A stretch of DNA of 64,000 bases from positions 758,610 to 822,609 of the forward strand of contig JAQTNH010000001.1 in NCBI GenBank assembly GCA_028713895.1, given 5' to 3'. The position numbers and the translations under genes are program-made. The notes under the pieces were generated by a model, which ran no database searches, was not told where the DNA came from, and was given only the letters and a program-made list of their open reading frames with translations. Source of the DNA: Candidatus Nanoarchaeia archaeon (GTDB taxonomy: Archaea > Nanobdellota > Nanobdellia > CSSed11-243R1). Positions 45,011-52,158 of the stretch are shown one piece after another (the stretch's first letter is position 1; each line of letters begins with the position of its first letter).

Positions 45011-45100
45011 TTATCCGTGCTTGTGTCTTCGCTTCCAAGCCATAATTCTTGCTTTTCCCTTGTTCGAAGTTCGCCTTCTTAATATTTTGTGTCTTCCCAT
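45011..45100 (-). CDS. candidate 29-aa highly basic peptide (ribosomal-protein-like composition)
   Basis: Own translation MGRHKILRRRTSNKGKARIMAWKRRHKHG*; TTTTAAAG box ~25 nt upstream (leaderless spacing); the stop lies 1 nt upstream of the NUDIX ATG. Confidence 0.3.
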   Translation of the reverse strand: MGRHKILRRRTSNKGKARIMAWKRRHKHG

Positions 45101-45295
45101 GTTTATTATTAGTCACATAAGGCTTTAAAATGTTTTCCTGAGAAAAAATTACAGAAAAGGAACTTACGTTTTAAGGTTCCTCTTCTTCAAATTCATCGTC
45201 GTAGTCCCCTTCGTCTTCCCAAATCGGAACGTCTTTGTCTGCTATAGCAAACACCTCCACCTGAGCAATCTAAAGAAGGCGGATGTATATAAAAG

Positions 45296-45769
45296 TTAAG
45301 ATTTAGAATATCTGTCTTTAAGAAGCAGGTATTCCGCAGCATTTTCCCTTATTGACTGGACTTCTGCAGGAGTGAGCTCCCGTTCAATAACACCAGGAAT
45401 GCCTTTTACCAGTGAATTGTTGGGTATTTTCTTGTTTGGAGAAACCAGGGCGCCCGCAGCAATTATGCAGTTTTCGCCAATCTCAGCATTGTCCATTATT
45501 ATTGCGCCCATGCCAATGATACAGCTGTCCTTTATTTTGCAGCCGTGGATTATTGCGGCGTGCCCAACACTTACATTGCTGCCTATTGTAACCTTGTTTT
45601 GTTTGTCCGAATGTATTGTGACATTGTCCTGTATGTTCGTGCTGTCGCCGATGGTTATAGAATTATAGTCTGCGCGCAGGACTGCATTCGGCCAGATGCT
45701 TATGTTCCTGCCTAAACTAATCGTTCCGAGAAGAACTGCACTTGGATGGATATAATTTTCTGCTGGCAT
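45296..45769 (-). CDS. gamma-class carbonic anhydrase-like / hexapeptide-repeat protein
   Basis: 157-aa ORF with left-handed beta-helix hexapeptide repeats and His ligand pattern (...VTIHSD...VGHAAIIHGC...). Confidence 0.75.
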   Translation of the reverse strand: MPAENYIHPSAVLLGTISLGRNISIWPNAVLRADYNSITIGDSTNIQDNVTIHSDKQNKVTIGSNVSVGHAAIIHGCKIKDSCIIGMGAIIMDNAEIGENCIIAAGALVSPNKKIPNNSLVKGIPGVIERELTPAEVQSIRENAAEYLLLKDRYSKS

Positions 45770-45782
45770 GATTACCTCTGAA

Positions 45783-45855
45783 AGCCCCCGGAGGGATTTG
45801 CACCCTCGACCCCCTGCTTACAAGGCAGGTGCTCTTCTGACTGAGCTACAGGAGC
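45783..45855 (-). tRNA. tRNA-Thr(UGU), intron-less, with unusual A18/G55
   Basis: GCTCCTG-TA-GCTC-AGTCAGAA-GAGC-A-CCTGC-CTTGTAA-GCAGG-GGGTC-GAGGG-TGCAAAT-CCCTC-CGGGGGC-T; two G.U pairs in the acceptor stem. Confidence 0.9.
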
Positions 45856-46006
45856 AGCCTTTTTCTTTTGGAAAGAAAAACGCTGGCGAAAAAGAAAAGT
45901 CTTTTGGGCTTTAAAAGTTTTCTGTGTCGTTGTTCTTTTTCCATTAATGCTTTTTATTGCCAAGAAAAAGGATTAATTTAAAAGTTATCATTTACTTGGA
46001 TATTAC

Positions 46007-46222
46007 ATGTGGCGAGGGCTGATAGGCTTAGTAGATATAGTAAGAATGTCATCCATTCTTGTATTGACTGTATTAGTGGGTCTGTTTGTTGCCCCAAAGG
46101 CGCCATGGGTCCTTGGAGTCTCAGTGTTCGGATGCTTCTATGTTTTCGGGCTTGAGTTCCTGAAATTTTATATAGGGCTCAAGCAGTTAAGGAAGAAAGG
46201 ACAGGTAATCCCTGATTACTGA
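46007..46222 (+). CDS. small membrane protein
   Basis: 71-aa ORF with two hydrophobic helices. Confidence 0.4.
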   Translation: MWRGLIGLVDIVRMSSILVLTVLVGLFVAPKAPWVLGVSVFGCFYVFGLEFLKFYIGLKQLRKKGQVIPDY

Positions 46223-46224
46223 AC

Positions 46225-46440
46225 TTATTTTAAGACAATTGTGTCCCAATCGCTGTTATTATGATATTTTAAAATCTCCAAAGGGCCGCATAATGCGCAG
46301 AAATATTTTGCCTCTCCGCTTTTCTTGTTCTTTACGATGTATACTGTGTGGCGCGAACACGTTTGACAGCGGGGTATCACTGAAATAACTTTCATGCCCT
46401 CTGTGTCATATACCAATGTTGTTCGCCTATGATGTGGCAA
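46225..46440 (-). CDS. zinc-ribbon small protein
   Basis: 71-aa ORF with CQTC...CALC pairs. Confidence 0.45.
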   Translation of the reverse strand: MPHHRRTTLVYDTEGMKVISVIPRCQTCSRHTVYIVKNKKSGEAKYFCALCGPLEILKYHNNSDWDTIVLK

Positions 46441-46472
46441 ACTTAAAATACTTTAAAAGCTTTGTGCTGGAC

Positions 46473-47657
46473 ATGCAGAAAAAGGATACATGGAAGCTCA
46501 ACCGCAATATAATACTGCTGGGTATTGTGAGCTTTCTTACAGATGTAAGCTCAGAGATGATATTCTCTGTATTCTCAATATTCTTTACGGTAATACTTGG
46601 CGCTTCGGTGTTCCTGCTCGGAGTTGTCGAGGGGCTTGCGGATTTTTCAGCATCTGCGCTTGACTATGTTTCAGGATTCCTATCTGACAGGACTGGCAAG
46701 CGCAAGAAGTATGCAATTCTGGGATACGGGTTCTCGACAATCGCAAAATCAATACTGCTGGTTGCAAACTCTGTGCTGTCTGTGTTTGTTTTCAGGATTG
46801 TTGAGCGCCTTGGCAAATCATTCAGGGGCCCGCCGAGAGATGCGTGGATAGGCTCGCTTGCCCCCAAAAAAATCAGGGGATACGCATTTGGCGTGCACAA
46901 AGCGCTTGACAAGTCAGGCGCAATACTCGGGCCGCTGATTGCGTATGCAATCCTGTATTATTTTGGGCAGAACCTCCCTGCGTTCAAAATGCTGTTCATT
47001 GCGGCGCTTGTGCCTGCGGCAGCCGCAGTAATACTCCTGTTTTTCATAAAAGAAAAGTATTCCAAGCCAAAGAAGAGCAAGAACCCCTTTTTGTCATTCA
47101 AATTCATGAAAGCGGATTTCAGGCATTATCTTGCGACAGCAGGAATATTTTCGCTCGCATATTTCAGCTTTGGCTTCCTCCTGCTCAAGGCGTATCTGGT
47201 AGGATTTGAAATAAAAGATGTTGTACTGCTGTATGCGCTGTTCAATGTAGCATTTGTCATTGCAGCTCCGCTGATTGGGAAGCTGGGAGATTTCATAGGC
47301 AGAAAAAAGATTGTTTTGTTCGGATATTTTACATATTTTATAATGAGCATGGGGTTCCTGCTTGCAACGACAAAGTTTGAAACCGTGCTGCTTTTTGTTT
47401 TGTTCGGAATATTTTATGCAATAGACGAGAGCCAAAGCAAGGCGTACATATCTGACATGGAAAAATCACGGCGCGCAACCGCAATCGGGATATACAATTT
47501 TGTTACGGGGCTCATCTATCTGCCGGCTTCAATAATTGCAGGGCTGCTCTGGAGAATTAATCCTAACCTTACATTCGCATTTGCTGCAGTGATATCCATT
47601 GCAACAATATTATTCTTTATGATCAAGAAAAAGAGGAAACAAAATGGCAAACCTTAA
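46473..47657 (+). CDS. MFS transporter
   Basis: ORF 46416..47657 trimmed to ATG 46473; 12 predicted TM segments, DRTGKRKK loop motif between TM2 and TM3. Confidence 0.75.
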   Translation: MQKKDTWKLNRNIILLGIVSFLTDVSSEMIFSVFSIFFTVILGASVFLLGVVEGLADFSASALDYVSGFLSDRTGKRKKYAILGYGFSTIAKSILLVANSVLSVFVFRIVERLGKSFRGPPRDAWIGSLAPKKIRGYAFGVHKALDKSGAILGPLIAYAILYYFGQNLPAFKMLFIAALVPAAAAVILLFFIKEKYSKPKKSKNPFLSFKFMKADFRHYLATAGIFSLAYFSFGFLLLKAYLVGFEIKDVVLLYALFNVAFVIAAPLIGKLGDFIGRKKIVLFGYFTYFIMSMGFLLATTKFETVLLFVLFGIFYAIDESQSKAYISDMEKSRRATAIGIYNFVTGLIYLPASIIAGLLWRINPNLTFAFAAVISIATILFFMIKKKRKQNGKP

Positions 47658-48126
47658 AGGACACCTCATTGCAGGAACAATTGCGGGCGTAAGCCTGGCT
47701 TTCTTGCTCAGCTTTTTCGGGGTCAATCCTGCAATGCTTTTCATAGGCGCGGTGCTGTGCATAGGAGCAGCAATGTTTCCTGACATTGACCAGGAAAACT
47801 CAACACCGCGTAACATAATGCGCGGCATTGTGCCTGGGCTGGTCGGGCTTATTGCGCTTTACCTCTATTTTTCATGGCGCTACTGGAACAATTCGCTGCT
47901 TGAACAGGCGCTGTTCATTGCATTTCCGTTTGTATTCCTGTTAGTTTACGAGAAATTTATGCCACGGCACAGGGGTGCAATACACAAATTTCCAGGGCTG
48001 CTGATGGTTTCCGGCGCTGTTATTGTACTGGGCTTGTTTTTAGGCTATAACCCATTAGGAATAGGAGTCCTTGTTTTGTTTTCAGTGCTTGGCTTTTCAA
48101 GCCATGTTATTATGGACCACATTTGA
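47644..48126 (+). CDS. membrane-bound metal-dependent hydrolase (DUF457/YdjM-like)
   Basis: 160-aa ORF; GHLIAG..., PDIDQ, HRGAIH motifs. Confidence 0.55.
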   Translation: MANLKGHLIAGTIAGVSLAFLLSFFGVNPAMLFIGAVLCIGAAMFPDIDQENSTPRNIMRGIVPGLVGLIALYLYFSWRYWNNSLLEQALFIAFPFVFLLVYEKFMPRHRGAIHKFPGLLMVSGAVIVLGLFLGYNPLGIGVLVLFSVLGFSSHVIMDHI

Positions 48127-48361
48127 CATCTTTTGATTCAGGGCAGTAGTCAAACGGGCAGCATACTTTTGAGTTGGCTCTGTCAAGAATGCAGCCCTGC
48201 ATCTTTAGCAAAAGTTCTGAATCTGAGCCAATCTGTTTTTCAGTATTCCAGCACTTTCCGTAAATCACAGAGCCAGTCATTGAGGTTATCCCAAAAATTG
48301 CTATTGCTGTAAGAATCATTACAACCAGAATTCCGATGATGAAAATCCATTTCTTTTCCAT
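48110..48361 (-). CDS. small membrane-anchored protein
   Basis: 83-aa ORF with N-terminal TM helix and 5 Cys. Confidence 0.4.
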   Translation of the reverse strand: MEKKWIFIIGILVVMILTAIAIFGITSMTGSVIYGKCWNTEKQIGSDSELLLKMQGCILDRANSKVCCPFDYCPESKDVKCGP

Positions 48362-48388
48362 CTTGAATACTCCAAAAGCAGTCCGGGC

Positions 48389-48721
48389 TTATATATCTAC
48401 TGCCTCTTTTTTGAATTTTTTAAGGAATTTTTCATCTGTTAACAGCCTTAGGAATACTGCAAGTATGTGCCCGCAGAACTTTTCCTTAAGGCTGGACCAT
48501 TTGCAGTCGCAGTTCCATGCCTTTTCAAGAGGGCGTTCAGAATAATAAATGACTGAGTGATTTGTTTTGTATTTGTAATCCCTGCAGGAGAACCCTATGT
48601 GCTTCGCTGTTATGTAATCAACATTCACCTCGTTAATCATGCGCTTTCCAGAGTCAATGCTTCCGTGTGTGTTATGTTTGAGCGCTTCAATACTTTTTTC
48701 AGAGGCAATTTTAATTATCAT
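48389..48721 (-). CDS. SWIM zinc-finger protein
   Basis: 110-aa ORF with CxCx(n)CxH (CDCKWSSLKEKFCGH). Confidence 0.65.
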   Translation of the reverse strand: MIIKIASEKSIEALKHNTHGSIDSGKRMINEVNVDYITAKHIGFSCRDYKYKTNHSVIYYSERPLEKAWNCDCKWSSLKEKFCGHILAVFLRLLTDEKFLKKFKKEAVDI

Positions 48722-48752
48722 GAAAGAACCAAATCAGAGAGCCAATAAAAAA

Positions 48753-49619
48753 CTATCCTTTCAAGCGCTCAATGATTGACTTGAGCCTCTTTGTATACGC
48801 TTCAGAAATCCTGGTTTCATTTTCCATCGCAGCTTCATTCATGCGCTGTATTGACTCCTCTTTTGCAATTTCATTAAAGTAAGTTGTGTCTATCCTTCCG
48901 CCTTTTAGGGCGTCAACCATGTCCCTTAATGTGTATCCTCTCCTTAATCCGAGCTTTATGAATGTGCGCAGGTCCTCAATCGGCACCCTGGTTCCCCCTG
49001 AACTTATTTCAGCGATTTTCTTTCCTGCTGCAATTGACATTACAAGCGCAAAAAGTATTGCGCCCGCCACAATAAGCACTGTTACTATAACTGTAAAGTC
49101 TATTGTGAATCCCTGGATAACCAGTTCCTTTTCCCCTTCAGGAAGCAGATTTACCGCCGCTTCCGGGAATTTAGTCAGGGATGGAAGAACATTGATGTAG
49201 GATACTATGCTGTCGAATCCGCCCAGATATGTCCATGTGGTGAGAGTTTCATATGTACCTGTGTCAGTTGGTGTTGTCTGGTAGCTGACTGTTATTGTCC
49301 CGTAAAATCTTTTGTCGAATTTCCAGTGGCTTAATGTCCTGTAATTGTCCTGATAAAACATATCACGGGTTTCATAAAACACATATGCCTTGTCAAAGCC
49401 GTCAATATGCCAGCCTGTAACTATCCAGCCGCTTGGTGTAAATTCGTGCAAATCAAGAGTATCTGTCCATGAATCTGCGGTGATTGTGATTGTTGTGTTG
49501 AACTCCTCATTTGCTTTTACGTTTGGAGAAATTGTTTTGGTTACATCCACGCTTGCAAAAGCAACAGGTAAGGCTAATAATAACACAAGCAAAAGTACCA
49601 CACTCACCTTTCTATACAT
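48753..49619 (-). CDS. secreted/membrane-anchored hypothetical protein
   Basis: 288-aa ORF; signal-like N-terminus (VVLLLVLLLALPVAFA), external domain, one TM (VIVTVLIVAGAILFALVMSIAAG), cytoplasmic tail. Confidence 0.5.
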   Translation of the reverse strand: MYRKVSVVLLLVLLLALPVAFASVDVTKTISPNVKANEEFNTTITITADSWTDTLDLHEFTPSGWIVTGWHIDGFDKAYVFYETRDMFYQDNYRTLSHWKFDKRFYGTITVSYQTTPTDTGTYETLTTWTYLGGFDSIVSYINVLPSLTKFPEAAVNLLPEGEKELVIQGFTIDFTVIVTVLIVAGAILFALVMSIAAGKKIAEISSGGTRVPIEDLRTFIKLGLRRGYTLRDMVDALKGGRIDTTYFNEIAKEESIQRMNEAAMENETRISEAYTKRLKSIIERLKG

Positions 49620-49672
49620 GCTATACAGAAAGAAACGGATATTTATAAAGGCTTTTTAAAGGAAAAAATAAG

Positions 49673-49789
49673 TGTGGAGGAGGGGATTCGCACCCCCGAT
49701 CTCCGCGTTACCCAGTAATCTCATGAGCTTTGCCAGTTTGACATCTCTGTCAAAACTTGCGGCATTCTACTAGGCTAAACTACCTCCAC
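49673..49789 (-). tRNA. tRNA-Met(CAU) (or CAU-type tRNA-Ile2) with two BHB introns (30/31 and 37/38), unusual A18/G55
   Basis: Hand-folded. Exons 49789..49759, 49728..49722, 49708..49673 (74 nt); introns 49758..49729 (30 nt; central UGCC/GGCA, bulges GC|A and AA|G) and 49721..49709 (13 nt; central CUCA/UGGG, bulges UG|A and UA|A). Mature GTGGAGG-TA-GTTT-AGCCTAGTA-GAAT-G-CCGCG-CTCATGA-CGCGG-AGATC-GGGGG-TGCGAAT-CCCCT-CCTCCAC-A. 74+43=117 nt matches the span. Confidence 0.8.
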
Positions 49790-49824
49790 ATTAAGATAAG
49801 AAAAATAACCCTCATTTATAAGTC

Positions 49825-50022
49825 TTATTTTTTGATACTGTCTTCCATCAGGTCAAGGCGTTCGGTAGTCTCTTCAATCATTTTCATAAGGTCCTCAAGA
49901 ACAATTGCCTGCTTTTCAAGAAGGCTGAATGTTATCTGAGTGTCCATCTTTTTGCTGTCTATCGCCTTCTTAAGGACTTTTTTCATCTCATTTAACCTGT
50001 CTTTTGCTACAACTATATCCAT
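49825..50022 (-). CDS. small coiled-coil protein
   Basis: 65-aa helical ORF. Confidence 0.35.
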   Translation of the reverse strand: MDIVVAKDRLNEMKKVLKKAIDSKKMDTQITFSLLEKQAIVLEDLMKMIEETTERLDLMEDSIKK

Positions 50023-50026
50023 ACTT

Positions 50027-50485
<459 letters not shown>

Positions 50486-50489
50486 TTAT

Positions 50490-50523
50490 TGGACTAGGAG
50501 GGATTCGAACCCTCAGCCTCCCA
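50490..50523 (-). other. orphan tRNA 3'-half-like sequence (positions ~40-73 of a second Ala-type tRNA)
   Basis: TGGG-AGGCT-GAGGG-TTCGAAT-CCCTC-CTAGTCC-A, 9 nt downstream of tRNA-Ala. Shares GGGAGGCT with tRNA-Ala, but the T stem and acceptor strand differ by compensatory changes; retains U70; no matching 5' half (GG[G/A]CTAG) seen in this window. Confidence 0.5.
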
Positions 50524-50532
50524 ATATATAAA

Positions 50533-50654
50533 TGGACCCGCCGGGATTCGAACCCGGAGCCTCCCGCATTTTGGTATCTAACGCCCTCCGCAAAATTTTC
50601 TTTTTTGCAAAAGAAATGTTTTAAGCGGACGCGATGCCGTTTCGCCACGGGCCC
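50533..50654 (-). tRNA. tRNA-Ala(GGC) with two BHB introns (33/34 and 37/38) separated by a 4-nt micro-exon
   Basis: Hand-folded. Exons 50654..50623, 50585..50582 (GGCG), 50568..50533 (72 nt); introns 50622..50586 (37 nt; central CCGC/GCGG, bulges UU|A and AG|G) and 50581..50569 (13 nt; central UUGG/CCAA, bulges CG|U and AA|U). Mature GGGCCCG-TG-GCGA-AACGGCA-TCGC-G-TCCGC-TTGGCGT-GCGGG-AGGCT-CCGGG-TTCGAAT-CCCGG-CGGGTCC-A with the Ala identity pair G3.U70. 72+50=122 nt matches the span. Confidence 0.85.
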
Positions 50655-51967
50655 TCCTTGAATTCATCCAAACACCAATACATCTTGTCGACGTATCTAT
50701 TTGCAAGTTCTATATCTGTTTGGGTTGCGTGTTTGTCCTTTTCTAATAGGACACCAACTACTTTTAAATCTTTATTTATCATTTCTTTAACCATAAAACC
50801 ATATCCTATTAACTCCTTGAATCCCTTTTTTGAAAAAAAGTATACTGTATCCTCAGAACTTTCATCTGAAACAAAATAAGTCTCATATTTAGTTTTAAGT
50901 AATTTCTTTCCGAGTAATTTCACTTTTTCTTTCAAAATGTCTCTTATAATATTCTCGCTTTCAATGAAATCTTTATTTGATTCGCATTGAGCATTTGCTT
51001 TTGAACGGATACTATTCGACTTTAGTTCTGTGTTCAAACAATTATCAATTTGAATAAAATCTGTTTTATTGTTACAGATTAATTCATGTTTTATATCCAT
51101 AAACTTGGTATTATTCAAAATTATTGGCACGATTCCTGTATCAAGTAAATATTTTGCAATTTCAAGCTGCATTCTCTTTGGAGTTTTCCAATTTTGGTTT
51201 TGGATTTCAAAGCTTATCAAAAGAGGAACATTTAGCTTAATTCTGCTTAGTTTACGCTTTATCCTTGCGATGTCATAATACATTGCGCTCTTTTTCTTTT
51301 TTAGACCAACAACTTCTTCCAGTGCAACGATTTTATTATTTTTGTAATAAACAAAATCTATATTGCATCCATTAATTTGTTTATGAACCTCAAAAGTTAT
51401 GCCTTTTAACGTTTCATTTTGTTTTTTAACCTTTAATTCAAGGCGGTTTAGTTCTGCATGTTCTGCGCCTTTATTGCCTAACTTGCTATAATAATCTGCA
51501 CCATACCTTTTCAGTAAGGTTTGTTTTGATTTAGCATGTATTTCTTTGTTAGTTTTGAAGAATTTCAAGAGATTATACCATTTCTGTCTTTGTAATCTGC
51601 TATACTCTTTAGGACTTTTTGTTTTCATCTCATGATGCCATCTTTTAATTCCTGCAATCCTTTTTTGAAGCGCATCACTATTCCCTTCTTTAATCTTTTG
51701 ATTAGTAATCATGGCGCCTTTAGAAGCGCCCCAGTTATGGTTTAACAGAATTCCACTATTAATGTATAATTCTGCTTCATCTTTCGGGAAATTAGTTAAG
51801 AGATACTCTGGGAGTGTTTGTTCTCCTCTTGCCCATCCTTTAAGGGTATTGTAGTTAATATTCAACTTGACTGAAAGTTCTTTTAGTGATTTTGAATTAG
51901 TATACTGTTTTAAGTTGATAAAGAGTTTTTTGTTAATCTCTTTGTTAAGCATTAATCTTTTTTCCAT
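50621..51967 (-). CDS. HTH-containing hypothetical protein, possible endonuclease-like core
   Basis: 448-aa ORF; N-terminal HTH-like SLKELSVKLNINYNTLKGWARGE (similar in style to the LAGLIDADG protein N-terminus); mid-region NIDFVYYKNNKIVALEEVVGLKKK resembles a PD-(D/E)xK/Vsr-like core (weak). The last 11 codons (GPWRNGIASA*) are read from the 5' part of tRNA-Ala. Confidence 0.5.
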   Translation of the reverse strand: MEKRLMLNKEINKKLFINLKQYTNSKSLKELSVKLNINYNTLKGWARGEQTLPEYLLTNFPKDEAELYINSGILLNHNWGASKGAMITNQKIKEGNSDALQKRIAGIKRWHHEMKTKSPKEYSRLQRQKWYNLLKFFKTNKEIHAKSKQTLLKRYGADYYSKLGNKGAEHAELNRLELKVKKQNETLKGITFEVHKQINGCNIDFVYYKNNKIVALEEVVGLKKKKSAMYYDIARIKRKLSRIKLNVPLLISFEIQNQNWKTPKRMQLEIAKYLLDTGIVPIILNNTKFMDIKHELICNNKTDFIQIDNCLNTELKSNSIRSKANAQCESNKDFIESENIIRDILKEKVKLLGKKLLKTKYETYFVSDESSEDTVYFFSKKGFKELIGYGFMVKEMINKDLKVVGVLLEKDKHATQTDIELANRYVDKMYWCLDEFKEGPWRNGIASA

Positions 51968-52070
51968 TTTAAATCACCGAGCCGACTGGGGCGAAAGCGC
52001 TTTACGAAGTTTTCGGTTTCACCGAAAGCTCGATAAAGCAAGCTGAGCCAGGCTCACAGGTGATTTAAAA
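51967..52070 (+). other. long-stem structured element with canonical BHB geometry on the + strand (putative 73-nt excisable segment 51985..52057)
   Basis: 12-bp helix TTTTAAATCACC/GGTGATTTAAAA, 4-bp helix GAGC/GCTC, 3-nt bulges CG|A and AC|A on opposite strands, inner helix CTGG/CCAG, three internal hairpins. On the minus-strand mRNA the same helix pairs the GGTGAT SD and abuts the ATG of the 448-aa ORF. Confidence 0.45.
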
Positions 52071-52096
52071 GAAATAATACTATATGGGTTTGTCGG

Positions 52097-52122
52097 GGTG
52101 TTGTCCAGTATGTCCAGTAATC
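52097..52122. promoter_or_regulatory. conserved 26-nt element, copy 2 (GGTGTTGTCCAGTATGTCCAGTAATC)
   Basis: 26/26 identical to copy 1; 130 nt upstream of the 448-aa ORF ATG (minus), followed in minus sense by CATATAGTATTATTT; 37 nt upstream of the + gene ATG at 52159. Confidence 0.5.
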
Positions 52123-52158
52123 CTAATATTTTTATGCTTACGCTGCATGTATCTTAGC

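Noticed and set aside
45772-45963. 63-aa ORF on the minus strand
   Set aside because: Its C-terminal part is the tRNA-Thr gene read as protein, and the rest is T/A-rich leader sequence.
50486-50530. A second complete tRNA gene downstream of tRNA-Ala
   Set aside because: Only a T arm, part of the anticodon-stem 3' strand and the acceptor 3' strand are present. No D arm or 5' acceptor strand precedes it, so it is reported as an orphan 3' half instead.
51967-52070. A BHB intron on the minus-strand mRNA leader of the 448-aa ORF, or a simple transcription terminator
   Set aside because: On the minus strand the bulges precede the central helix, which is the mirror image of the geometry used by all ten introns in this window, so it is not a canonical EndA substrate. 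It lies upstream of the gene rather than downstream, and it has no trailing T-run typical of archaeal terminators.
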